From positions 1 to 13,899 of the forward strand of contig JABGOQ010000018.1 of the NCBI GenBank assembly GCA_018645405.1: a stretch of DNA of 13,899 bases. The letters run 5' to 3'. Position 1 is the first letter of the stretch, and every line of letters begins with the position of its first letter. Below, one piece after another: positions 7,336 to 13,899 of the stretch. A program made the position numbers and the translations under genes. Origin of the DNA: Anaerolineae bacterium. GTDB lineage: Bacteria > Chloroflexota > Anaerolineae > Anaerolineales > Villigracilaceae. A model generated the notes under the pieces. The model was not told the origin of the DNA, searched no databases, and worked only from the letters and a program-made list of their open reading frames with translations.

Positions 7336-8916
7336 TTACTTCCACAAATCCACAATCTCGGCATCACCCAAAGAACGGTCAAAAATCATTATCTCTTCGA
7401 TTGCACCGTTGAAGTTCCACCACTCTCCTGTGATTCCATAGCTGCCACGCCCGATATTGAAAACATCCTGCTCAGGGACAGAGGAGAAGTAGTTATAATC
7501 TGCGGGCCCCGTGCCCGCGTTATAAGATAGATTTAATGTTTCTCCGTTGAGATAGGCTCTATGGTCATTTTCTCCGGTGGCGACAATATATTCGTATATT
7601 TGCCCTGCTTCAAGGCTCACTTTGCCAGAATCAAAACATAAGGCAACTTTTTCATTTTCATGAATTGTGAAATAAATCTGACGCTTTTCGGGATTATTCA
7701 ATTTGCCATGACCGATATAAATCGTAAGGTCATTATTGCCATTGAGAGCAGTATTGCTTTCATCCCTACCAAAATAAAAGAGGGGCAGACTGTCCGCGAC
7801 AACGCCAGTATTGGTAATTTCTTCGTATTTAAAACGAATATAAATAGTTCCATAATCTAAGTTTGCAACTTCTGCGGGCGGGGTTGTACTAACCCCAGAT
7901 TGAGTGCCATCTAATCTCAAAGATTGCCCGTTAAAATCATTCTCCCAGATAGGGGCAGTGCTAGGTTCTTCAGGGGCAGCATCGCTCTTTTCTTCTGTGC
8001 TGGTAGCAACACTTTCCCCTGTCAAAGCAGTTTTCAGGAAGTTATACCAAGCCTCAGCCATGAGCCGATCGCCTTCGGCATTGGTGTGAGCATTATCTGG
8101 TGCATAGCTTTCAGGATAATGACAGCGGCTCAAATCATGCTGTTCAGGCCCAGTTTGAATATAACTCTTCTCCGCGTCCTCAGCGTTTGCGAGCATTTCA
8201 GCGATGCCGAAAAGTTCATTAAAGGCAGGGAGCATATTCTTTGGTTTATAGCGATGGCTAGAGAAGAAGACCATTTCTGCGCCTTGCCCTTCGTTATATA
8301 AATGGTCTGCTAATTGCTCTGTCTCGCTCACAAAACGCGCAAAATTCGGGTCGCCCATATTCGTTGCTGCGATGGGATAAGTGGCATTATTACTTGTCAA
8401 GACCAAGGCAATCGTAGGGTATTGCTTCTCTGCGAGAATCCTTTCGATGGCTTCATAACCTTTCTCTCTGGGTGTGACCCATTTCCAAGTCTCGTGTCCG
8501 CCAATCCAATGATTATTGACAATAAATTTTTTCCCCGCAATCGAGTTTTCATCCAGCATTTTCTGAAGAAAAGTATCATATCCCTGATTTTCACTATGCC
8601 CGATAATTTCTATTGCAATCGTATCTCCCCAAGCACCAATATCAAGCGGATAATCTGCGGCGGCATTTTCAAAAGGCAGCGCATCGCCAGTTGAAATCAA
8701 CGCACAATCTGGCTCAGTTGGCTCAGCAGGCGGCGGACTCGCGCTCTCTTCGGTAGGCGAGGGGATAATCTCTGGGGTTTGAGTGGGGGGAATAATCGTT
8801 GGCTCGGCTTCAATCATCGTTGAGATTTCTTCGAATTGTGCTGTCGGCTGACCACCACAAGCAGAAATAGTTAAGGTCAGAAGTAGCGCAAGAAAAATAG
8901 TCTTTTTGATAAGCAT
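7336..8916 (-). CDS. secreted lipoprotein with SGNH-hydrolase-like region and C-terminal LamG/concanavalin-like domain
   Basis: MLIKKTIFLALLLTLTISAC lipobox, Pro/Thr/Glu linker, IEIIGHSENQGYDTFLQ...DNAHTNAEGDRLMAEAWYNFL (SGNH block V-like), then DYGTIYIRFKYEE...FNGAIEEIMIFDRSLGDAEI. Confidence 0.7.
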   Translation of the reverse strand: MLIKKTIFLALLLTLTISACGGQPTAQFEEISTMIEAEPTIIPPTQTPEIIPSPTEESASPPPAEPTEPDCALISTGDALPFENAAADYPLDIGAWGDTIAIEIIGHSENQGYDTFLQKMLDENSIAGKKFIVNNHWIGGHETWKWVTPREKGYEAIERILAEKQYPTIALVLTSNNATYPIAATNMGDPNFARFVSETEQLADHLYNEGQGAEMVFFSSHRYKPKNMLPAFNELFGIAEMLANAEDAEKSYIQTGPEQHDLSRCHYPESYAPDNAHTNAEGDRLMAEAWYNFLKTALTGESVATSTEEKSDAAPEEPSTAPIWENDFNGQSLRLDGTQSGVSTTPPAEVANLDYGTIYIRFKYEEITNTGVVADSLPLFYFGRDESNTALNGNNDLTIYIGHGKLNNPEKRQIYFTIHENEKVALCFDSGKVSLEAGQIYEYIVATGENDHRAYLNGETLNLSYNAGTGPADYNYFSSVPEQDVFNIGRGSYGITGEWWNFNGAIEEIMIFDRSLGDAEIVDLWK

Positions 8917-9004
8917 ATTGAACTCCTTAGATTAGATTTTCACTAAGAAGTGTACCCATGCAATATCTCTGGGACATTAGCCACTTGTAAATTTGATGTA
9001 AAAC

Positions 9005-9187
9005 TTAGGCCGCGCTGTGCGTGATTTTGGCTTGGTATGCCTTTAACGAGGATCTGCCGAGGTCGGCAAGATTTTTTGCTTTAGCCACGTTTCGTGCGAG
9101 TGCGATTACATCATATCCTGCATCCACTAGTTGACGGGCCACACGCCCTCCGACAAATCCTGTTGCACCAGTAATAAAGTGTTTCAT
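9005..9187 (-). pseudogene. truncated NAD-dependent epimerase/dehydratase N-terminus
   Basis: MKHFITGATGFVGGRVARQLVDAGYDVIALARNVAKAKNLADLG is a clean Rossmann start. Homology ends there, and the +1 frame reads ILVKG as expected for continuation (LVKGD); the rest of the gene is absent. Confidence 0.75.
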
Positions 9188-9227
9188 TTTTGTGTCTCCT
9201 ATTAATAAACTAACTGTTTTTGTTTTC

Positions 9228-10274
9228 TTACTTATCTACCTTTGCATAAAATTCTTTCCATTCTGCTCTATAAGCTTCCTTTTCTTCATCCGTCAAAAAG
9301 CTAGCTTTAATGGCATTGAGATTGAGTTGCCATAACTCATCCCAAGAAAAGCCTTGCTTGGCAAAGAGCAGATATTCGCTCGTCAGGTCAGTGGAGAACA
9401 TGGGCGGGTCATCGCTGTTGACTGTGCAAAAGACTCCTGCATCGACCAATGCCCGCATCTGATGCGGCTCATCAAGCGGCGTAACACCAAGCCGATAATT
9501 ACTATGCGGGCAAACTTCAAGCGGGGTTTGCGTTTCAGCCAGATACTCGAGTAATTTGGGGTCTTCAGCAGAGCGCACACCATGCCCGATGCGCTCGACT
9601 TTTAGGTCATTGATTGCGCCCCAAACACTTTCTGGCCCCACAGTTTCACCTGCGTGAGCGAGCAAATGTAATCCTTGACGACGGGCTTCATCATAAACAT
9701 CAGTAAATAATTTAGGCGGGAAGCCAACTTCCATACCGCCGAGACCTAACCCGATAAAGATGCCTTTCTCGAATCCTTTTAGGACAAAGTCCAATACTTT
9801 GTGGCGTGTTTCAGGTACTTGACGCCCAATATCAGGAATAAATCGCAGTTCAATATCATACTTTTCTTTGCCATGCTTAATCCCTTCGGTGAGGACAGCA
9901 ATGACCTCATCTTGCGGAAAATTATCCAGCATGAAAGATGCGCTCAGAAAAACTTCGCAATATCTCACATTTTGCCTCGCCTGTTCTGCAAGAAAACGTT
10001 CAACCATAAAGGTGAAATCATCGGCAGTTTGCATACATTGCATGGCAAACCCGTAGACATCAAGAAAGTGATTGAAGTCGCGGAAGGCATACATTGCTTG
10101 CCATTCTTCAAGTCTCGCTACTGGGGGCGTGACTTTGTTGCGCTGAGCCAATTCCCAGACGGTAGCTGCATCCGTTGCACCTTCGAGATGAACATGCAAT
10201 TCAATTTTAGGCATCGCGCGAAGGCGGTCGGCGAGTTCAATGGAGATGGTGGTGTTTTCGTAAATTGCGGACAT
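9228..10274 (-). CDS. add: adenosine deaminase family protein (adenosine/adenine or aminodeoxyfutalosine deaminase type)
   Basis: MPKIELHVHLEGATDAATVWELA, LLAHAGETVGPESVW, VERIGHGVRS, CTVNSDDPPMFSTDL metal and catalytic motifs. Confidence 0.9.
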   Translation of the reverse strand: MSAIYENTTISIELADRLRAMPKIELHVHLEGATDAATVWELAQRNKVTPPVARLEEWQAMYAFRDFNHFLDVYGFAMQCMQTADDFTFMVERFLAEQARQNVRYCEVFLSASFMLDNFPQDEVIAVLTEGIKHGKEKYDIELRFIPDIGRQVPETRHKVLDFVLKGFEKGIFIGLGLGGMEVGFPPKLFTDVYDEARRQGLHLLAHAGETVGPESVWGAINDLKVERIGHGVRSAEDPKLLEYLAETQTPLEVCPHSNYRLGVTPLDEPHQMRALVDAGVFCTVNSDDPPMFSTDLTSEYLLFAKQGFSWDELWQLNLNAIKASFLTDEEKEAYRAEWKEFYAKVDK

Positions 10275-10310
10275 AGTTGTTCCTTTATGTAGTGTGTGAT
10301 GTGTTGAAAG

Positions 10311-10357
10311 GTGGTTGAGTAGTCCCGAATGTTTTTAGAGGGACGTATCGAAACCAC
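10311..10357 (-). repeat. intergenic repeat unit A (GTGGTTTCGATAC...CTACTCAACCAC)
   Basis: Read on the minus strand: GTGGTTTCGATACGTCCC...GGGACTACTCAACCAC with internal GTCCC/GGGAC stem; same ends as unit B. Confidence 0.7.
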
Positions 10358-10381
10358 AATGTAATATTTTTCAGGGAATAT

Positions 10382-10421
10382 TGGTTTCGCTACGGCGAAA
10401 AGCATCGCCTACTCAACGAAC
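10382..10421 (+). repeat. intergenic repeat unit B (TGGTTTCGCTAC...CTACTCAACGAAC)
   Basis: TGGTTTCGCTACGGCGAAAAGCATCGCCTACTCAACGAAC with internal GGCGA/TCGCC stem; inverted orientation relative to unit A. Confidence 0.7.
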
Positions 10422-10442
10422 ATACTGCTAATTGTTATATGA

Positions 10443-10790
10443 CTAAATCCCTTTGATGATATTCTGGATCGGCTCCGATAATTTGAGCGGATTTGCTTGT
10501 GGCTCTATGCAAACCGAAGCATGCCCATTTTCTGTCGGGGCAACAAATTGATAGAAGTTCCCATATCGGATGAGCACAAAATTCGCTCCGCCGCAGTCAA
10601 TATCGCCACGCTGTTTTACGAGCGTTAAGACTGTAGGGTTGACGATTAGTTCTTCGTACTTATCAGAATCTGAACTACTGGCACCTTATATACCTTCTTT
10701 GGAAAGGGCAGCCAATTCACCTTTGTTGTAGATGGCGACATAGCGAATATCTTTGGATATTGCGAAAATGCTTTCAATTATTTTTTGCAT
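10443..10790 (-). pseudogene. small protein gene interrupted by one in-frame TAA (unknown family)
   Basis: Manual translation: MQKIIESIFAISKDIRYVAIYNKGELAALSKEGI*GASSSDSDKYEELIVNPTVLTLVKQRGDIDCGGANFVLIRYGNFYQFVAPTENGHASVCIEPQANPLKLSEPIQNIIKGI*. 348 nt, GGAG 7 nt upstream of the ATG, internal TAA at 10688-10686. Confidence 0.6.
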
Positions 10791-10810
10791 ATTGAACTCC
10801 ATTTAATGAT

Positions 10811-11929
10811 CTACACAAGCTCAAAATTTGCTCTCGTGTATTTCTTTCCATTGATCTGCACTTCCAAACTGTGCGCGCCTGAATAATGCTTGCGTGTACT
10901 GCGTTGCTGGAAGGAATGTTTTTTCGTGATCGTGATCGTCTCGCCAGCCGCAAGGGTTTTCTTTGCCGCTTTGAAGACTTTTGGAGCTTGTTTCCCGTTT
11001 GCTTTCATAAAATAGACGATGTAATCAATCATCACTTTACTCGCTGTATCTTCAAGAGATGTGACTGTGAACGAGAAATTAATCTCATCACCGATGGCGG
11101 GATTTTCATCACTCAGGTGAATTTCGGAGACGGAGATTTCTATGTTGGAGTCGTAGCCCATCAGCCGCAATGCGCCGGGATGCCCGTCTTTGAGCAGGGT
11201 GCGCAGTGAGTGTGAGATGACCCAATCCATCTCTTTGCTGGGATTTGTTTTTTGCCAGCCTGATAGCGTTTCGACAACCACATCAGGATTATCTTTGGCG
11301 ATGTCATTCAGATTATTGGCGACCGAGCGGCGTACCATTAAATTGGTATCCGTTTTCAGCTTCTCCAATAATTGGATGACGGGCAGCGGATCGCGCTGGA
11401 ATTTGGGCAGGCGTGAAAAAAGTGGAAGCCGCGGGCGCGTCCCTTCGGAGGCCAACCGGCGTGCAAATGGGCTTTTATCTTGCGTCAGCTTGTGCAGGAA
11501 GGTCATCGTCTCTTCTGGATATTTCTCGATGAAAGGGCGAATATCTCCCTCGGCGGTGAAGCGTTTGGTCATTTCGTAGAGGGCGTTGATGGATGTGTCG
11601 AAATCGTCCAAGCCGTAGCGGCTGATGAAGAGGCATTGCGGCATCACGATGAAGCCAGAAAATCCGCTCAGGGAATCGGAAGCAGGTTCTGGTCCAAGTG
11701 CGTTTACCAGGGTTTGGGCAGCACGCTGAAAATCGTCGGGGAGATGTTTGTGGAGCGAATCCGCAATTAAGGAATTTCGATCCCCAAAACTGAGCGATTC
11801 AAGTTGGGGAAGAATCGCTTCGAGAAAAGCGTCCCGCTCAAAGGAATCCCAGACATGGGTGATATTGCCTGCGAGTTTGTTGACGAGGGCGGGGTTGAAG
11901 ACATCACGGAATTGAGTTTGTTTGGTCAT
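10811..11929 (-). CDS. alkC: AlkC-like DNA alkylation repair glycosylase (HEAT-like repeats + Ig-like C-terminal domain)
   Basis: FNPALVNKLAGNI, GFSGFIVMPQCLFISRYGLDDFDTSINALYEMTKRFTAEGDIRPFI, FARRLASEGTRPRLPLFSRLPKFQRDP, VRRSVANNLNDIAKDNPDVV, WVISHSLRTLLKDGHPGAL; C-terminal beta-rich SEIHLSDENPAIGDEINFSFTV. Confidence 0.88.
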   Translation of the reverse strand: MTKQTQFRDVFNPALVNKLAGNITHVWDSFERDAFLEAILPQLESLSFGDRNSLIADSLHKHLPDDFQRAAQTLVNALGPEPASDSLSGFSGFIVMPQCLFISRYGLDDFDTSINALYEMTKRFTAEGDIRPFIEKYPEETMTFLHKLTQDKSPFARRLASEGTRPRLPLFSRLPKFQRDPLPVIQLLEKLKTDTNLMVRRSVANNLNDIAKDNPDVVVETLSGWQKTNPSKEMDWVISHSLRTLLKDGHPGALRLMGYDSNIEISVSEIHLSDENPAIGDEINFSFTVTSLEDTASKVMIDYIVYFMKANGKQAPKVFKAAKKTLAAGETITITKKHSFQQRSTRKHYSGAHSLEVQINGKKYTRANFELV

Positions 11930-12612
11930 TGCATGCCCATTCGCTCGATCATTATGTTGATCTCAAATTCAAAAAAACTATCAATATCAATATTCATCGG
12001 CACGGCAATAAAATGACCGTTTAGCTCCAGCGAAACCATGCCGTGAATTTGCGCCCAACTCGCCATCGCTAGATGGATTACGGCAGGGTCGCCGTCGTAG
12101 CTGAATTTATCCACCCAGGCTTGAATCATATCTGGCGTGGAGGGAGGAGCGCTCTCTGTTTTTAGCTTGCCAGCCCGCCAAGCGGCATCTAGCGTGCCCA
12201 ACAAAACGGACATGCTCCCAGCCGCGGCGGGACCGGTAATCTCCATCGGGGCGTGGTAGTTGGGGATGGGCGTGCCGAAAAGCAGGCTGTATTTTTCAGC
12301 ATTCGCTAAAGCCCAATTGCGATACGCGTGTGCAGATGCGAAAATCTGCTTGGCGTGAGATTCTTCATCTGTCTCTTGCGAAGCAAGTAAAGCATCTCGC
12401 AGCGAGTTGTAGGCATCCACGATGAGAGCCGTCACTAAATCATCGCGGCTGGGGAAGTAGTTGTATATCGCTGGGGCAGTGATTTTTAGCTCACGGGCAA
12501 TTGCTCGTAAGGAAAGAGCCGCAGCGCCATTTTTTGACATTTGTTGATAAGCGACATCCTTAATCGCTTTGCTTAGATTAGGGTGTTGCTGAGATTGTTT
12601 GGGGCGTGCCAT
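11926..12612 (-). CDS. TetR/AcrR family regulator (WHG-domain type)
   Basis: MARPKQSQQHPNLSKAIKDVAYQQMSKNGAAALSLRAIARELKITAPAIYNYFPSRDDLVTALI; 4-nt ATGA overlap with alkC. Confidence 0.9.
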   Translation of the reverse strand: MARPKQSQQHPNLSKAIKDVAYQQMSKNGAAALSLRAIARELKITAPAIYNYFPSRDDLVTALIVDAYNSLRDALLASQETDEESHAKQIFASAHAYRNWALANAEKYSLLFGTPIPNYHAPMEITGPAAAGSMSVLLGTLDAAWRAGKLKTESAPPSTPDMIQAWVDKFSYDGDPAVIHLAMASWAQIHGMVSLELNGHFIAVPMNIDIDSFFEFEINIMIERMGMQ

Positions 12613-12677
12613 AGAGTCTCCTTGTCCCATCTAATCTTTCCCATATATAGAGGAGTTTGAGATGGGTGTTCAACAGA

Positions 12678-12706
12678 AATATACGGTGTTTATTTTGTGT
12701 TGTCAA
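12678..12706 (-). promoter_or_regulatory. sigma70-type promoter for the tetR-alkC operon
   Basis: Minus strand TTGACA (12706-12701), 17-nt spacer, TATATT (12683-12678). Confidence 0.75.
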
Positions 12707-12780
12707 GAGAAGATCCAAAAAGACTAGAATGCAGGTAATAAATATTATGAAATTCCTCTTTATATTTCCTGCATGGCAGT

Positions 12781-12786
12781 TATAAT
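12781..12786 (+). promoter_or_regulatory. candidate -10 box (TATAAT) for the binding-protein gene
   Basis: Perfect TATAAT; no convincing -35, the nearest at the right spacing being a weak CTTTAT. Places the transcript start at about 12793. Confidence 0.45.
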
Positions 12787-12806
12787 AAGAAGAAGAGTTG
12801 AGAGAA

Positions 12807-12862
12807 CATTTTCTCCCAATCATCGTAGATCGCTGTATATCAGGCTTTATGGGGAGAAAATG
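12807..12862 (+). promoter_or_regulatory. 5' leader stem-loop sequestering SD and start of a leader ORF
   Basis: CATTTTCTCCC (12807-12817) / GGGAGAAAATG (12852-12862), 11-bp perfect arms, 34-nt loop. Confidence 0.55.
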
Positions 12863-12892
12863 AAAGAGTTTTTTAGCTCGCACAAAAAATGA
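12860..12892 (+). CDS. candidate 10-aa leader peptide MKEFFSSHKK
   Basis: GGGGAG SD directly upstream; stop TGA (12890-12892) overlaps the ATG (12889-12891) of the next CDS, which lacks its own clear SD. Confidence 0.4.
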   Translation: MKEFFSSHKK

Positions 12893-13656
12893 AGAGTTTT
12901 CGAATTCTCAGTTTTTTTCTAATAATAATTTTAGGGCTTTCTGCTTGCGCGCCTGCTCCTAGAAAAGAATTGCTCATCTATTGCGGAATCACCATGATTC
13001 GCCCTATGCGAGAAATTGGCGATATTATCGAAAAAGAAGAAGATATCAAAGTGATCATTATCAAGGGTGGTTCCGGTAATTTGCTTCGCTCCATTGAGAT
13101 CAATAATGTGGGCGACCTTTATTTACCTGGCTCATCAAGCTATATTGAAAGTGCAACAGAGAAAAACCTAATTATAGAAACTAATTTAGTGGGCTATAAC
13201 CGCGCTACCTTGATGGTGCAAAAAGGGAACCCGCTTAATATCGGCAACGATTTAGAAAATTTGGCAGACCCAGCCTATTATGTCGTTATCGGGAATCCTG
13301 ATAGCGGCAGTATAGGCAAAGAAACTCGCCGAATTCTGCAAGAAAAAGGTATATATGATCTTGTTCTTCAAAACACCCGCGAATTAACCACAGATTCTAA
13401 AGATTTGGTTTCAGTTCTTGTGGAAAAAAGAGCCGACCTTGTCATTAATTGGTTCGCGGTTTCTATCTGGGATGAAAACACTATGTATATAGAAACTCTT
13501 CCTATTAACATAGAACTTGCCCCACCTAAAGAACTCATACTTGCATCTCTTAGCACAAGCAGAGAACCAGAACTTGCTAAAATTTTTATAGATTATGCTG
13601 TCTCAGCAGAAGGGCAAGCCATTTTTCAAAAATATGGTTTCGGAAGCATGGAGTAA
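12889..13656 (+). CDS. ModA-like (molybdate/tungstate-type) extracellular substrate-binding lipoprotein
   Basis: Lipobox ILGLSAC; KELLIYCGITMIRPMREIGDIIEKE..VIIIKGGSGNLLRSIE..NVGDLYLPGSSSYIE..; C-terminal AKIFIDYAVSAEGQAIFQKYGF typical of the SBP_bac_11/ModA fold. Confidence 0.8.
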   Translation: MKSFRILSFFLIIILGLSACAPAPRKELLIYCGITMIRPMREIGDIIEKEEDIKVIIIKGGSGNLLRSIEINNVGDLYLPGSSSYIESATEKNLIIETNLVGYNRATLMVQKGNPLNIGNDLENLADPAYYVVIGNPDSGSIGKETRRILQEKGIYDLVLQNTRELTTDSKDLVSVLVEKRADLVINWFAVSIWDENTMYIETLPINIELAPPKELILASLSTSREPELAKIFIDYAVSAEGQAIFQKYGFGSME

Positions 13657-13665
13657 TTTTCTCAA

Positions 13666-13899
13666 ATGAAAAGAAGCAAAAGAAACCTTCGTGAACCCAT
13701 CCAAAACAGGTCGTTAATTCTCCTTTTAATTTTCCTTGTGACAATTATCATTACTACGGCCACCTTTTATATCAGTGCCTATGTTTCAGAAGAATATCAT
13801 CAACGTCTAGAAAACCAGAGCGCCCATCAAAGTCTCGGCGAAATTATTCTTTTAGAACTAACCCTTTTTGAAAATGAGCTTAATAACCATTGGTGCTAG
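13666..13899 (+). CDS. N-terminus of a membrane protein, plausibly a sensor kinase (truncated by window end)
   Basis: Cytoplasmic basic N-terminus, one TM helix SLILLLIFLVTIIITTATFYI, then an extracytoplasmic helical stretch, 9 nt after the binding-protein stop; runs off the window. Confidence 0.45.
   Translation: MKRSKRNLREPIQNRSLILLLIFLVTIIITTATFYISAYVSEEYHQRLENQSAHQSLGEIILLELTLFENELNNHWC

Noticed and set aside
7660-8694. Plus-strand ORFs opposite the SGNH/LamG lipoprotein
   Set aside because: Antisense to a single long ORF with signal peptide and domain motifs; Cys/Ile-rich products look spurious.
9801-10292. 163-aa plus-strand ORF opposite the adenosine deaminase
   Set aside because: The opposite strand carries every adenosine-deaminase catalytic motif; this ORF has no support.
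11190-11579. Plus-strand ORFs within alkC (10886..11209, 11190..11579, 11480..11770)
   Set aside because: Shadow ORFs of the conserved alkC reading frame.
12578-12883. 101-aa minus-strand ORF
   Set aside because: Overlaps the tetR start and runs through the tetR promoter and the whole divergent intergenic leader; no recognisable protein features.
1-13899. Classical defence island, prophage or transposon
   Set aside because: No recognisable nuclease, helicase, integrase, transposase, reverse transcriptase, toxin-antitoxin or phage structural motif in any supplied ORF, and no tRNA-like target site was seen. Damaged genes and small repeats alone do not support a mobile element.

Overview
13.9 kb window that looks chromosomal, with gene content reminiscent of Anaerolineae/Chloroflexota (taxonomy is an inference only). 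Most genes are on the minus strand. Main blocks: (i) a lipoprotein with an ethylbenzene-dehydrogenase-type heme-binding domain (307..1446); (ii) an oxidoreductase / HAD hydrolase / epimerase operon whose epimerase carries a 1-nt frameshift near 4353; (iii) a TetR-SMR efflux-membrane protein-macrolide-type glycosyltransferase operon. Its TetR promoter holds a perfect palindrome exactly between -35 and -10, and the transcript is probably leaderless; (iv) a secreted SGNH-like + LamG-like lipoprotein; (v) an adenosine-deaminase family gene with a decayed epimerase stub downstream; (vi) a TetR(WHG)-AlkC-small ORF operon, whose small ORF carries one in-frame stop; (vii) on the plus strand, a ModA-like binding lipoprotein followed by a truncated membrane protein, preceded by a hairpin that would sequester the start of a 10-codon leader ORF. 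No clear defence or mobile system was found. The most interesting items are regulatory: a 17-nt motif shared at the same promoter register by the alkC and epimerase operons, the 5' leader of the binding-protein gene, and the efflux/glycosylation operon. The left edge may be the degenerate last repeat of a CRISPR array, but only one copy is visible.
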